Shown here one piece after another: positions 11,804-26,862 of a DNA stretch of 64,000 nucleotides. The notes below the pieces were generated by a model, which did not search any database, was not told the origin of the DNA, and was given only the letters and a program-made list of their open reading frames with translations. The stretch comes from Spironucleus salmonicida (lineage: Eukaryota), in NCBI RefSeq assembly GCF_000497125.1, contig NC_090599.1, positions 1,302,001-1,366,000 of the forward strand. The letters are read 5' to 3'. Position numbers and translations under genes: made by a program. Position 1 is the first letter of the stretch; each line of letters starts with the position of its first letter.

Positions 11804-14554
11804 TCACTTCTTTAGACTGGGTGTAGCTACTCCAATTACTCCACTTTACTCCAACCCAATACCTCTGAAAGGTGGAGAATTGATAGTTGGGGTATGGCTT
11901 TTAGGAAGAACTGAATTGTATGACAGGTTTTATAATTACTATAATACAACTTAATTAGTTTATTATCCTAGCTATTAAGTAAGAATAGTATTTTTATTAA
12001 GTATCTCTTATAGTTGAGGTAGAGATGTTATAGAATTTGTATTTGTTCTAACAGCTTCCTGAGCTAAACTCTAAATAGCTAACGCATTAGTTTGGTTCTT
12101 AGCCATTATGGTAGAAGTTGAAGAAGATTAAAGATCTTTAATATATCTTTTTTAATCTTCCACAGCCTTGGTTATTTGAATTCTTAATACTTCAAATTCA
12201 TCAACAATAAGTGTTTATTAGTTTTATTAAACAACATTTATCATGTTCTTCAAACCATTATCTAAAGATTCGTTCGCCGAGTTAATCTTTACTAATTCCT
12301 CATTAATTTTGACACCGTTTCTTTTAACTAGTTCGTTACTTTTAGTGATATGTTAATCAATTTTAGCATTACCTTCACTACTAGCTTTAGTAAGTTCTGC
12401 TAACTTATCTCTCATGGTTTAATACAGTTATGCAGTTCTTTATTCATGTGGTGTAAAAATTACTTTTTAGATAGAAGTTAAATTATCGTTTTAAATATCA
12501 AACTATTATGCCAATAAATCAAGCATTTACTGTTTAAATTATGTTTATGAAGATAAAATTTAAGTATTTAATGTTTCTTTTAATTTTTTATTTAAATTAT
12601 GAACTTCGTCTAGCTAAGTAAATGTGTTCATTGTGGTAGATTTCAATTATTTGTGAATAGATGCCACTTCTGCTTAAACAACAGATAATGATTTACTTAT
12701 ATCTTCGGAGAATTAAATAATGTCTTACGAGATATCCTGTCTAGATGTTTTGAAAAATGATGAAAATAATGACATTTAACTATTAGTTTAATTTTAAATT
12801 AACTGATTAATTTTCTTTACTTTTTCTATAATATCGAATTTATTCATCGGTTTCTAAGTGTCTTCTTGAAGAATCATTATAAGTTCTGATAATTTTTCAG
12901 TAACTGATAAATTAACACTTGATTAAAGTTCGGTATGTAATTTGTATTATAAAGATTCAATATTGGTTTCATATTTTGTTAATGAATCCACTACACGTTT
13001 TTATACTATTTAGATACCTTATTGATAACTTTAAACAGCTTTATTAAAACCGGATTCAATTTTAACAGCCTCAATATTATTAGGTCTAAATATTTCATCA
13101 ATGTTACTTTAAAAGTTTATTTTAAATGCATCCATATTTTACTGATTTTATTATTCTACAACTCTTCCTTAAATAACTTTTTCTTAAAATGCATGCAAGT
13201 CTTCATTTTATCCAGTCATATGAGTAACTGCATTTCCTAAGTCGTGTTTTACAGATTAATATTTCTTTTATTGCATGGTGAGCACTTCGTTTATTCTACC
13301 TATTTCTAACAATTAATTTTATATAAGTCCTTCCAGTTCTCTAACTTTTTCATTTCTATTGGCAATGTATTCCTAATAGTTTTCATACTCTTCTTCTTTC
13401 AAAAATACCCCTCCCTAATTTTATCGTTACATATCCAATAGTTCACGCAAATGTTTAAGTTCAGCTGTATACTCTTTAAGAACATTCTTAGAATTTACTT
13501 TCTACATAATTTCTGGTGCATTCTTTATCTTCTTTGCTCTAGACATATAATCTAATGTAGATATTGTTTCTTCTAATTAAAGATCTGAAGGTGAAATAGT
13601 CGCAACAATAGTAGTTTTTGTCTTACCGCCTAAAGAATCTTATAACAGTCTAGTTAATTTAGACTCTCTATACGGTACATGAGGCTTACCTTCCGTCAAG
13701 CAATTAATAACTCTACCTAGGGTTAGTAAAGATTTATTAATACGAGATGCTTCTTACATTTATTAACCAGAGGCACCAGACTTTTAAACATTCTCAGAAC
13801 CAGCTAAATCAACTAAATTAAGTTTAGATATTTTTATAAATTCTATTTCTTAATTTGTATTTTAATTTATCTCTATTTACTTTTGCACTAACTATAAGCA
13901 AAATATCGAGTGTGAACGTGATGAACGCTCATTCATCATAGTTTCTGCCACTTTTCTATTTTAATTAGCTTTTTCTAAGAGTTTTAACACTTCCTCTGGC
14001 TTTTTCACCAAGATTTCTGATAAATTTTGAATAACAATCTTATTCTAAGTAATATTACTTCCTGGTTTTGCAACTCCAGATTGTGCTCTTTCTTCAAACA
14101 TTTTTAGCGGTTCACGAATATCCTCTAAAAGATCATATAGTTCCTCATTATACACTTCCATAAAACTACATCTAAGTTAAAAATCAATATTTTAATTTTC
14201 TAAATATTCAAAAAGGGTATATACAGTACGTGGTATAACTCCTCTATCAGAATCAGTACCAGACATAGTGTAAGTTTTACCAGAGCCAGTCTAACCATAT
14301 GCAAAAATTGAACAGTTAAACCCTTACAGAAAATCCTATACCAACTTGTTAATTGCTGACTCATAAAATACTTCTTATGTTGTTTCAGGGCCGTAAACGG
14401 CATCAAATGAATAAGGTTTTTATCTTGCCTCTACAATATTTGTTCTTGAATGCAGCTTAACCTAATTCTAAGTTTTACTTTATTCAGATACATTTGTTGG
14501 TCTGCTACGTACGATAACGTTAATATTAACCTAGTTTGATTATGGCTTTTACAT
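11804..14554 (-). CDS. Kinesin-5 (BimC/Eg5 family) motor
   Basis: [48 protein letters not shown]; neck KNAPEIMQK...[10 protein letters not shown] typical of kinesin-5; long coiled coil. Confidence 0.88.
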
Positions 14555-14630
14555 TTTAAAATTTGGAAAGAAATAATATATATAAATCTAAATAAATAAT
14601 ATAGTTAAAAACGTCAAAATATATTTACCT

Positions 14631-17600
14631 TCAGTCATCCTTTTTACCTATCTATCCCAATTAACTTACAATACCTCGTAAAATGACACTTTCTTACTCC
14701 AATTAACTTAATTAACTTTGTGCTCGTTTCGTGACTATCGTACGAATAGGACTATTACTTGTACTTTTTGTGGCTTTTAACTTCTAGCTTAGCTCTTTTA
14801 CTCTTAATGCTTCAATCATAGCTTGTACTTTTTATAGTTAAGATCTTAATGCTATATTTTCATCTCTGAGTCTATGAGACTCGTTTAATAGTGCTGAATT
14901 TTCATCTAACGAAAATGCCTGAGTGCTAACATACTTAAAATCTTCTTTATTCAGTTTCGTATACAAATCTTCTAACTTAGTCTACAAATGATCTTTCTGT
15001 TAACTAAATTCAATTTATACTCTGTTATCAGAGTGTTCGCGTTTCTTACTTTTTTCGCTTAATTCTTTATTAACTTCATTCCATCTAATCATAAATAGCA
15101 GTACAGATTTACAATATAACGAAACATCTTAATCTGATAATAAAGTTCGGAGCTCCTTTTTCAACATATCAAATAACCGCTCAATTGAATTAAGTTTCTA
15201 AGTTCCTAATCTCTACTGTTTCTAATAGTCGTCAACTTTATTTTAGGTCTCAATTGTTAGCTACTAAATCTCGCTCCACTAGCTTTAACTACTTTCCAAT
15301 TTAACATTTAGCTCATTTACTCTTTCTTTCATATCATTTACTAAATCATCTCTCGGTCTAATCTCTGATTTTAAAGATTAAATTTAATGTGAAAGAACAA
15401 ATTAATTTTTAGATAAGTCATGAATTTAATTTTTGAGAGTAAATATTTCATTTTCTCTTAATTGTAAGTTATAATCTTTCTAAGTCAACTATTTAGTCAG
15501 TTAATTAGTTTCTTCGATTAAAACTTAAATTTCTTCTTATTTGGATTGTGTCCTATTCTTTTCTTAATCTACTTCTTTATTAATAAACTTAATCTATTAT
15601 TATAACGTTACTATTCTTCTCTACTACATTGATTACCAAGATCGTAATGCCGCTGCTGCATTCTCCTCTCTGGATAAAGTTTGAGATGAAGCTTTTTATA
15701 CGATTTAAATAGCTTCATTACGCTCTTAATTTAATTGGTTAAGTTCTTCTGTTAAAGTTTACTCTTAATGTGTTAAAATTTCATCTAAATGGTCTATTTC
15801 AAGCTCTTTTTCTTAGCATTAACTCATTCGCTTATTGATTAATTAATCCAATTAAACTTTGCGTTACTTCTATAGGTCAATCATAACCTATTCATGTGTC
15901 TTATTCTATTTTTCTATCTACATTGATAATTTTTTGTTCTCCGATCGCAAATTAGTAATTAAATTTGTATACTTTTCGCTAGACATTTTATAAATCTTTG
16001 AATGTTCCAATTTATAAGATTCTTCGTTTTCAAGAAGTGTTTTACTATAATTTGAAATCGACATATGAACATCTTGCAACTATTCTGCTAATTTTATTTT
16101 TATATGCTAAATACATTAACTTAATGACTTAATACGTTCCCTAGCGTTTTCTTTCAGCATACTTTCACGGAAGTCATTATAAACCCACATTTCGCTAGAA
16201 ACAACTACCAAATCCATTAAAATTTTATCATAAATTTTACTAAAATCACGCTCACGATTTACGCAATGGAACGTAAAAGGAGGTGTAATACGCATTAAGG
16301 GAAGCCGGACCAAAACTTTCTTGTTCTGATTCTGATCAAATAAAGTTTTCAGTTTAGTAAGGGCCTTATTACGAATATTTTAACCAAAAATCGCTTGTGC
16401 TGGAATGAGGAACTTCAAATTAGAAAGCAAAATTTAATTTTCGCTAATTGATATTAGGACTGTCCCATCAATTAAATGCAATTCGTTGATTTTTTCATTA
16501 TGCAATTGAACAGAAAAAATAGGCTTTGAGTCACGTAAAGGCCAATCATAGCAGGATAGAACACCTGTGTTCGAACCCAATAGCACGAATCTAAGAGGTC
16601 TACTTGAAAATTCCTCGTTTCGCTGATTTCCTGCCTGGTCATTAAGCTTATAAAATTTATCGGGCTAGTCAACTTTCTCTTTGTAAACCAATGAATTTTA
16701 TGGTTTTTCAAGGTACTCGCTAACTTATTTGTTGAAAATTGCAGCTGTAGGAGTTAACCCTTCACGCTCAATAGACGACATTTCCTCTTACTAATTGATA
16801 TTATGCACTTTTTGAATAAAAGAAACATCCCAAGACGAGTTCATCATCGGAACCGCGCAATATGCGGTTGCAGTTGAGTTTATTTTGACTTCATGGATCT
16901 GTCTCCCGTTAACAATTTCATGATAATGTGAGTTCGAGTCGATACCGCAAATTGCAAAATCTTCCGTCTGTAGCTCTCTGAGCTCGTGCTAGGGCTCTTC
17001 ATCCATTTGAATATCCTCTGCGATCTCTATTTCGCGCTACAAAAGACCCTACTGCATTTGCTGGCCAGTAATAACGAAAATTAAATCGAGTTTGACCCCA
17101 CGTAATAAACACTCGAAAACGCGCTCCAGGGTCGAAATCAAGTGTCCGTAGCACGCACCGTCCTGGCTAACACTCACAACGCATGAATCGCCAGGCAGGA
17201 AATCGCAAAATGTGATTTTCTCGTTGTGACAATTCAGCTGCTTTAAATACACCAATTCGTTGTTGTAAATGTTGATGCTGACCGGACAGTTATCGTCGCA
17301 AATCGCCGCCAGGAAGCCGCCCCCATGGCTTATTTTGACCTAGCGAATGCCGCTTACCGTCATGAAGTGAATCAGCTAAATAAGGCCCTAATAGAGCACA
17401 AACTGCCCAATTCCATCGCTGTAGACCACGTAAAACTGCAGCCCGCTGGGGTGTATTCTGACGTCCAAAATCTCGCTATTTAGCTCAAATTCTGCGAAAA
17501 TGCTGAATTTCGACGCTGAAGACGCGAAAATGCGTGTTTTTGAAGTGAAAACCAGAATGTCTGTTATCGCGTTGCAATGCGAATGCGTAATTTTAACCAT

Positions 17601-19244
17601 TTCGAACGCGCTGTTGAGCCGGAAGCCTGTTGGCAGTACGTGCGTGTCCGCGAGCGTCTGACGCGGCCGGAACGTGAACTGATGGAGCGGTGCTGGCGCC
17701 AGGTTCGAAATCGGGACGCCGGTGATCAAATCGGACCAAATATGTACTGGCGTGGCCTTATTGAGCTGGAAATCGGCCAAATCCGGGTCGATTTCGCGCG
17801 CCAGCTGCTGCAACAAAATGAGCGTGTTCGTAGTCGCGATGTCGTTGTCCTCCTCGTTTGAATGGCGCATTACGGCACCAAGCGCCTGTACATCTAGCTA
17901 TTCTGGCGTTATCTGCTTGAATATGCGCTGGACGTCTTCGGGGACGCTCGTGAGGTCGATTTTGATATGTTTTTGCTGCATCTGCTGCTGTTGGTCCTGA
18001 ATGAGGCTATGGATGTCCTCTTTATAGAGCAGAGATTCGAATTTTGGGTGCAGATATAGCGTCTGGTTCGTTATTGGCCAGATGTAAATTACGGAGTTAT
18101 CGCCTTCTATAATGGCGTAGGAGGTTGTGAACGTGATGTTGCGGATTCCGACGTTTAAGTTTGAAAATTGGAGAATTTCATAAGGATATTGAGTCATTTG
18201 TACGTTTCCGAAGCCCTGGCAGGTCGCTTTTGGGAGAGAATCAATTAGAATTTCTAGCTCTTCTTGTGTGTATGTTTCTTCTTGGGAAGAGAAAATATTA
18301 CCTTAAATCGTGCCTGGATGATCGAGTTTGTCTTCTTCTTTCACTTAGAGAGATTGGTCGTATCGTTGAGCATGTTATTCTATTGATTCATTTAGTTCTA
18401 AATAGTAAATCTCTCCTTTGCTTGTGCCTATCATAATCTTAGTTCCTCGGTTATAAAACGCCGTCACTTTTCCTGTTAATTCTAAGAATTTAATATCAAA
18501 TTGACCTGCGGGTTCATCACTTAATGTCTCAATAGGTTCCTTTAAAGACCTTTTAACAGGTATAAAACCACTAAATTTTGGAGCGTTAAAGACCATGATT
18601 TCGCCTAATTCTGTAATAATAATTGCCAAATGATGAGTAATAAAACTAGTGAAAACAACTTTATGTTACAATTGGTGGTTTAACCTTGCAGGTGGAAACA
18701 GCTTATATTCTCCATCCTAGTGTCTGTAAAAATGAATTTTGAGCTTATAATCAACGTTTATGGCCTAGTTCAGGTTCGATTTATCTAAAGCATGGGAACC
18801 CTCTGTAGTCTCAAAAATATCATCAATTTAAGCTCTGTGCCAGGCCAAAATTATCGTCTTGTTGATATATCGAAGGAGAAGGCACTTGTTTTATTTACCA
18901 AATTCAATATAAAGAGGAATATCGTCAATGATGATGTTAGAAATTCGTTTTTAAGATGTAACTGAATAGATACCAATCTGGTTGTCGGTTGCAGTTTTCT
19001 CCAAGGTTGCAAAAATTTCACCATCATATGTTGACGCTACGTATATAACTTACTGCGTCGTTGCTGGCAAAGGGAGGAATCGCTCCTCTTTAATAGGAAG
19101 GCAGTGTAAAACTATAAATCTAGATGTTACATATGCCATTGTGTATTAATCTATCGGAAAAGCACCGTATTATGCTTTTACGAGGCTTTATATGAAGAAT
19201 GGCTCGATTTCTAAAGCAGACTGTTCCATAGTAACTGTAGCCAT
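14631..19244 (-). CDS. WD40 plus coiled-coil axonemal protein, CFAP57/WDR65-like (~1537 aa)
   Basis: Five supplied ORF fragments lie in one frame. WD-like repeats (HPSGLQF, SHGGGFLAA, SVSQDGACY) and a C-terminal coiled coil. Confidence 0.7.
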
Positions 19245-19336
19245 TTAAATTGAAGCAAATTAAAATTATAACAAAAATTATATAATAATATAAAATATTC
19301 TAAGTATGTTTTTATTCTGAGCTAAACTTGATCACA

Positions 19337-20026
19337 ATGCTACTAGATATTGAATGTTCTCATGTGTAATTTGTCGATGAAAATATAGAGTAAAAATTTA
19401 AAAAATCAAAAAATGTTAGTGATTTAACCTATCTTAAAAGAATAAATAGTAAATTTATACCAAAGTTTATGATAAGAGAATCAAAAAATATGGTTTATTA
19501 TCCTTATAAAGATAATTAGTTACTGCAGAATCTTTAAATTCATGATGAAGATCAACTTGTTGACTTAGTAAAGTAGGTTTTCTTAATCGAGCACATTGCA
19601 TAAGAATTTTAAATACCATTTGTTTATGACTTTAAATCTGCAATTTACGATAATAATACTATACTTTGTCTTTTCACACTAAGTGATACCAAGCTGACTT
19701 CAGATTTTCTAATACGTTAACTTGTAAACCATTACGGCTCTATTTCCTCAACATAAGTTAGCGATTATCTGGAATTTGTACTTTCACGCTATAGTCCAAC
19801 ACGAGTTAGTAAATTTCTATCTCATAATTCAACAGTATAATCCATGTTTGAGGCAACTGATGATAAAATGATTGAATAAATATAAAAAGATAATATTTAT
19901 GACTAACTAGATGTAGAATTTCAAGAGATATAAGCCATTATAAATCAAATTATGTAAGGTTGTGTATTGTATACTGAATTTGATAATACTCATCTATATG
20001 ATTTTTTGGAACTACTAATTAAGTGA
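19337..20026 (+). CDS. Hypothetical protein (~229 aa)
   Basis: Open in code 6; ends AAG-TGA. Confidence 0.65.
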
Positions 20027-20037
20027 TAAACTGATAA

Positions 20038-20619
20038 TCATTATTTTTTTTCTAAATTACTAACGCTCTCAATCATAGGATGATATACCTTAAAGTCTAT
20101 TATAACAAGATTACTTTCTATTTTTTCGGTGAAATATATCCTTGCTAGTTTAATATCAACCTTTAAAATTTTTCTCTAAATTAGGGATATGTTAAATTAT
20201 TACTCATTAAAATTAACTTATTTAACTTCTCCAATTGCAATAAATGGATTCTGGTATAAAGATTCTAAAGCTTATGTATGATAATTATACCCCAATCGCT
20301 CAGTAACCTCTAATTACAATTATTGTACTGCTCCAGATTAAACTGGTTAAAGTACTGTAAGCCAACAGTATTCCCAATCTTCTAAGTCAAATAAAGCTGA
20401 TGTTAGCTGGTTAGAAAATTGAATATAATGTAAATGATTTTCAGCAAGTTATTTTACATAAAGTGAATCATCTATTTTAGTTGTTATGCAAGCCGGATTA
20501 AATTTACCTTTCCAGTTCATTAATGCCTATTCATGTTTGAAGAATTAATTTTTAAGCTCTGTTAGTTATTTTCTATTTTCAGAGATTGATTTCTCTAATT
20601 CACACTATTCACTTGACAT
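20038..20619 (-). CDS. Hypothetical protein (~193 aa)
   Basis: MSSEQCELEK... runs to TGA at 20038. Confidence 0.6.
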
Positions 20620-20913
20620 CAAAGAAAGAAATTATTTTATATTATTTTATTTCTTATATAATAATATAGATAATAAAATTTAATTTAATATCTATATTAG
20701 TCATTATGAATAAGTTAAATTAATATAATTAAGCTTTCTAAATTATAAGAAACTTATCATATTAATACATAAAGTTATAAAATAAGTTTATGCAATATAA
20801 ATTATTATATATATATTTAATTTACTTTTCCAACAACCTTTATAATATACAAAACCAACACGCAAATTTTTTGATATAATATTACAAACCTTCGTAACAG
20901 TCGGATTTATAAA

Positions 20914-21309
20914 ATGATGAAATAATTTTCTGCAATAAATGACAAGCAACTTTTCCAGTAAATAATCCTTCTTAGAATGGTAGCTTTTGATAACTACGAG
21001 CATGATGAAACTGAATTGCGTTTGGACAATGAAGCACAGTAATTCGCTCTCATCGAAAACACAGAAGTTGTCGCATCTTTTAGACTTTTAAAGACTGCAG
21101 AAGGCTAAATTATCTAAAAACTTTGTGCTGATAAATCTGGAAGATTTAAAGGTGCAGGAGCTCGGTTAGTCGAAATGTATAAGGCAGAGGCTGGAAAATA
21201 GATTATTTACACTAATTGTTATGTTAAACTAGCCGGGTTCTGGTCGAAACTTGGCTTTGAGCCTACGGGTAAGATTAATGGCGAGAAGCAAGAATATCTT
21301 TTGAAATGA
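20914..21309 (+). CDS. GNAT acetyltransferase (ElaA/YjcF-like)
   Basis: LRMVAF, VVASFRL, CADKSGRFKGAGARL (acetyl-CoA loop), GFWSKLGF; 131 aa. Confidence 0.8.
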
Positions 21310-21543
21310 CTAATTTAAAGTTTTATTCTTTTTCCAACATAGCAGTGTTCATTATAATGAAATTTGATAATTTATTCAAAGCTATAAATTTTCATTCATG
21401 GTTGCGAATAAGTTTACTTGTGATTCATTTAATATAAATATAATATAAAATTATTAGTATAAAATATAATTAAAACTATAAAATTAAAGTCAAAATAATA
21501 TTTGATATTATATAAAATAATATATGTAAGATTTCCGTTTGAA

Positions 21544-24500
21544 ATGAACGAGTGTTACATCAAATTCATAGAAACACTTAATTCACATAGAACTATCTTA
21601 GTTACTGGTCCAACAGGTTGTGGAAAATCAACATAAATACCATAATTTATCGCCGATAGTTACCCTAATTCAACTACATTAGTCACATAGCCAAGGAGAC
21701 TAGCAGTTACATAATTAACTGAAAGAATTTCACAATAGTCTTAATTGACACTAAGAAAAGATATAGGTTTTGTAATTGGAAGACGATCATATGATAGTCC
21801 TCTTGTAAAGTTGTTATTAGCAACAACTGGATCTGCTATTAATATTTTAATGAAAACTCCATATTATTATGACTTTATAATTATTGATGAAATTCATGAG
21901 ATGAGTGCTGAGATTTTATAAATTATATCATTGTGTATTTAGATATAAAAAGAAAGCAATATTAAAATTATTCTCATGTCGGCAACAGTTGATCCTAATA
22001 TATTGGACAAATTTTAAGACCCAGTTATATTTGAAATGACATCTATGATTAATGAAAAATTCACTGTTTAGGAAGTACCAATGGAAGGATAATTATAAGC
22101 ACTGCCGAATATTGAAACATACGTAGTATCAAATATTGTTAACAATACTACACCAATATTATAGAATATGGCGGAATAAGTTAAACTTATTTTATTATAA
22201 TAATTTTCAGTTTAACTTAATGGTGATATTTTATGCTTTGTTCCAGGGCTAGGTGATTTTAGGTAACTTACAAGATATTTAGCCGCTAAAATAGAAAATA
22301 TACCATATAATGTAGTTTTTGTCCATTCTAGATTTTCAAACGAGTAAAAAGCATTGTAGTTAGATTAAAATAAGCGTAATGTAATTATATCAACAAATAT
22401 ATGTGAAACAAGTTTGACTATTCCTAGTTTAAGCTATGTTGTAGACTCTTGCTTAGCAAAATAATTTATTGATGATACATAAGGCATTGCTTAATTATAG
22501 ACTATATTTACTTCTATGGAATCCTTAATTTAACGTAGCGGAAGAATAGGTAGATGCCAAGATGGTTGTTATATTCCATGCTTGCCATAAGAAGCCTTAG
22601 ATAGATTATAATTAAGTTATAGTAAAGGCGATATTGTTTAGTCATTACCCTAATTTATTTTAACTTATTATTAGGAATAAGAAAAATTTTAAAATGTTTC
22701 TCTTGATGATATTGTTTAAAATTATTCTATTGCAGTTGAACCAAAAGTTGTGCATAGTATCTTTGACACACTGATAAAAAATTAATATCTTTAATATGAT
22801 TCTGATGCAATTCTTATCTAGACAAAGTTAGGGTCCATTATTAATATAAACTAGGTGTAGTAGACTTTTTTTGATTTATTAAATTTAAATATTACTGGGT
22901 CCTTAATTATGAATTCTTTTCAGTCTGACCTAGAGATATTCATCCACCCATTTGAGTAAGAAATAAATAGCAATAGATATCTAAATGCTATGTCTACTCG
23001 CTCTTTTGTAAAATTGGCAGCACTTTTTTAGCGTAAAGATGGAATTTAGTTTTTCTATGATTAATCAACTAATTTAAGAAAGTTTTAGTATGCAGATATT
23101 ATTAAATTATTCAGCTAATTAGAGAAAGATTAAAATAATTTTTCAGATTATTATGCTAAAGCTAAGATTGTGGCATTATGGAGACAATATTTTCCTATTT
23201 ACACATTAATTCCTACAGAAGAAGAATTATACTGGTGTAGGGAACGGTTACTTAATCCAGATTCTTTAAGAGAATATGAGTTATCTACATTTGCAGCTTT
23301 GAAAAATAAAAACTTATTATCTTTATAAGAACTATGTATTCTTGCTTAACTTTATGATACAACAAGTGAGAATATAGAAAGATATTTTGAAGAAATACGA
23401 TATGATTTTAGTAAAAGTACTCTCGATTAACATTAAGATGCTTGGTAAAAAGCTAGATTATACTTTAATCAAACTAAAACTCCAATTATTTTACAATTAT
23501 TGTAAGATGAGTATGAAGTAGGGTATACGAATTTAGTAAACCTGGTTACTACTATATTTTGTGGTATTAATTAGTAGTCATCATTCACATTTGATTAAAC
23601 TTGTCAAAGATTTAATATTAGTACTTTAAGACCATTTCCGTTTAAGGTAAGATATGACCTTAAGAAAGGAATGAATTTGCATTTCAGGAAGTTTGTTTGT
23701 CTCCCTAATTAAAAAGCTTAATTATTATAAGCAATAAATTAACTTATACCTACCTTATATTAAAAATAAGTTGATATAACTTGCGTTATACCAAAATAAT
23801 AGATTATTATTAGTTTTACTTGCTCAAACTAAGAAGCACTAAAAATATTATGTATCCTTTCCCAAACTGAAGTAGTAAAGAAAAATAACATCTATATCAA
23901 AGATTTTGGCAAAGAAATCTAGTTGTAGTTAATCAGATTTTTTGAATCATGGTATGGTGTATTATCAAAAGAGGAAACCCATCCTGTGAATTGTGGAGCA
24001 GCTTATTTCAAAAAAGATCAATCGCAAAAAGATTATATCACTCCATTTTTCAATTATTAACATTTTAGTATTATGACAAGTAGTTTTTGGAACGGAAACG
24101 TAAAAGAGACATGTGTCTCCCAATAAGGGTTAGCTATACATATATTAAGGGTAGTGTTTTCTCTCACATCGGAATTTGGTTATAATGATACATCATTCTA
24201 TTTATTTTCGGAGTAAAAATAAATTTACAGCGTACCTATAAATGCACTATCTAAGAGAATCATAGCTGCTTTATAGTAAGTGTGCATAGTATTTTAATAA
24301 ATATTCAATAAAGTAGAAGATGAATTTTTTACCAATGAGTAATTTTTATTTAATCATGATTTTGATTAAAAAGATTTCGTAGATTCTGATAAAATTAAAA
24401 TTATTGCTAAGTAATGCTAAAATAATGTAAGGTTATAACAAGTCATACTAGCTTTTATAAATCTGTATGGTGGAATAGTTGATAAAGAGATTTGCATTGG

Positions 24501-24561
24501 GTGTTTAGAAAATATCGAAGAAATAGATGTGTAGAAATTTGTAATTTATAGAATGAAGTGA
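21544..24561 (+). CDS. DEAH/RHA-family RNA helicase (DEIH)
   Basis: GPTGCGKSTQIPQ, QPRRLA, IIDEIHE, MSAT, STNICETSLTI, QRSGRIGR; ~1005 aa. Confidence 0.9.
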
Positions 24562-25548
24562 TATTACACTGTTATTATATTAAGTGATTTTTCCTAAGCT
24601 GTATGATTAAAGACAATTAAGAGTTATCAGATATAATATTTTTATTTAACTTCTAAATTTAGCAAAAATTTAATTTCCTTTATTTTAAACAATTTTAAGA
24701 TATACAAATAAGTATTAGTTTATTTAAAGCGATAACATATTATTAGCTAATTTTATTTGTATCTTGGATATTCAACACTTTATATTTAAGAAAAAATAAT
24801 TATTATTTTTTTAGTAAATAGCTATTTATCTAGTTTTTCTGTTGAATAAGAATAGACTGAATAACTGAATATATTAATATTAGATTATTTATTTTCATAC
24901 TTATAAATATATTAAAAATGTTAACGAAGTAATAAATATATTTATTATTAATTTTGTTTTACAAGGGAAATTATTTTGTAAATAATTTTATTTAAAATGA
25001 AAAACTCAAATCATTATGTATTCTTTAATTTTTATGAAATACTATCCTTGTTTGCATACCAAATGTTAATGTCCATATTCACTCTACTTAATTTATTAAA
25101 AATGCTTAAATAATTCATAAAAAATTTAACTCATTTATTTCTCTTTCTCATTTTTAGTCAAAAACTGCAATTCTACAATAGATTTAATTAATATTTTAGC
25201 TTAATCAGAAATAAAATGTATTCATTTTGTTATTATAGTTTTTTAAATAATATTTATAAAATTTTGTGTTTTATGCTATTATATAGATTATTAAGGTCAA
25301 GATTAAAATAATATAGTCTATCAGACATCTATTTTTTGACGAAAACAAATTTCCTTTTTTTCTAAACTTTTCAATGCTCAATTTATTTAAAACATATGTG
25401 ATTTTAATTTAAAACATTATGATTAATTCATTATTTTCACTTCAAAATCCATATTATTAGTATATTTAGTTATAAAAGCTGTACACAATATTTTTACCAT
25501 AGAGATTTTAGTTCATTTTAATTATAATAATATTATACTAATAAAAAG

Positions 25549-26862
25549 TCATTTTCCTTCGACGCCAACAACACCTTTCGAAAGTTGTCTAATATGGACC
25601 TAACCTTCATTTGCCAAATGTAGGAAGCCTACAAACATCATTTAAATGCTTACATCCTCAGCATTTTGGCATACTTTTTAACTATGAACATCTGGATAAG
25701 TCTAATGAATTTTCACCAAATCCTACACATTTTCTTTCAGCAGAGAAAGTTCTTTTTTCTTCAGTTCTTGAATATCAATTTACTTAGATTTTTTAGCGAA
25801 CTTAGTTTGGATGGTGTTAAGTCCAATTCTAAGTTTCTAGCTTACAAGATCTATGTTCATCGATTTTTCATCGTGGAATTCTTCGATTAAATTATCGATT
25901 TCGTCGAAATTTTCGGATTAAAAAGCAACATTTTTGTGGAAAGAAAGCTCAGTAATAGAAGGAAGCCTGGAAATATTTGTTTAAAGATAGTTAGATATAA
26001 GGAATTTTCCACAATTTTATGGGTTAAAAATCGGCGAAACAATGAATTAAAAATTAAGATTAGAGGTGGAATCAGATTGAAATACTGCAAATTTAGACTA
26101 TGTTTTAGAGATTGTTGTGAATTTAAGTTCAGGAGGATTAAAATCTATCTTTCTCTTTGGTGCACGTGGTTTTGGGGGAGCCCGCGGCCCAAGCTTTTAA
26201 ATGTTTTTAATTGCAGAGAAATCCTATTAATCCTCAAGTTTGTTTACTATTGATGTTTCTAAAAGTGAAGCATATGATACATTTAAATCATTTTCTTATA
26301 TATCATAATTAAGTTCAATAGGGCTAGGTTCAGGTAGTTAAGATGCATCCATGAAGCGTTGCGATTTTGTAAGAAGCTATTACATTCCTTCAATTTCGCT
26401 TAATTGCTCATTTTCTTGTATCTCAAAATATTTAAATAAGTCCGTTTCAGTCAAAATTTACTCATCAGCTATTGCAAACATTTTGTGAAAGTCTGGATCA
26501 AAAAATGCATTTGGTATAATTTTCATAGTGAGTTATTCATTTGTCATTGATTTAAGAGGTTTTCTCCGATTTTATTAAGAGCGTTATGTTTTTTCGACAA
26601 TTTATTGCTCTTCATCCTCTTATGATTGTGGCAATGTTACACCTTACATCCCTTCACACTATTGAGCTAAAGCATCGACTCTCCCCGAATAAATTTTTGC
26701 AGAAGCCTAGATTGCTCCTGAACACTTGACAAAATCACAGTTTTCATAATCTAAAACATCATCAATTTAATCTATTAAGGATAATTACCAACAATTTTTT
26801 TAGTTAATTTTATCAGTGGCCGCTAGCTAAAGACAAAGATTAAGCACTTCTTCTGGGTTCAT
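25549..26862 (-). CDS. NCAPH: Condensin I kleisin subunit H (Barren/Cnd2/Brn1)
   Basis: N-term CLQLAATDKINQKNCWQLSLID, SAKIYSGRVD, DPDFHK; C-term FAKKSKQIDIQELK and FVGFLHLANE. Confidence 0.88.

Noticed and set aside
25594-26253. Long plus-strand code-6 frame
   Set aside because: It is antisense to the condensin H gene, which has clear motifs.
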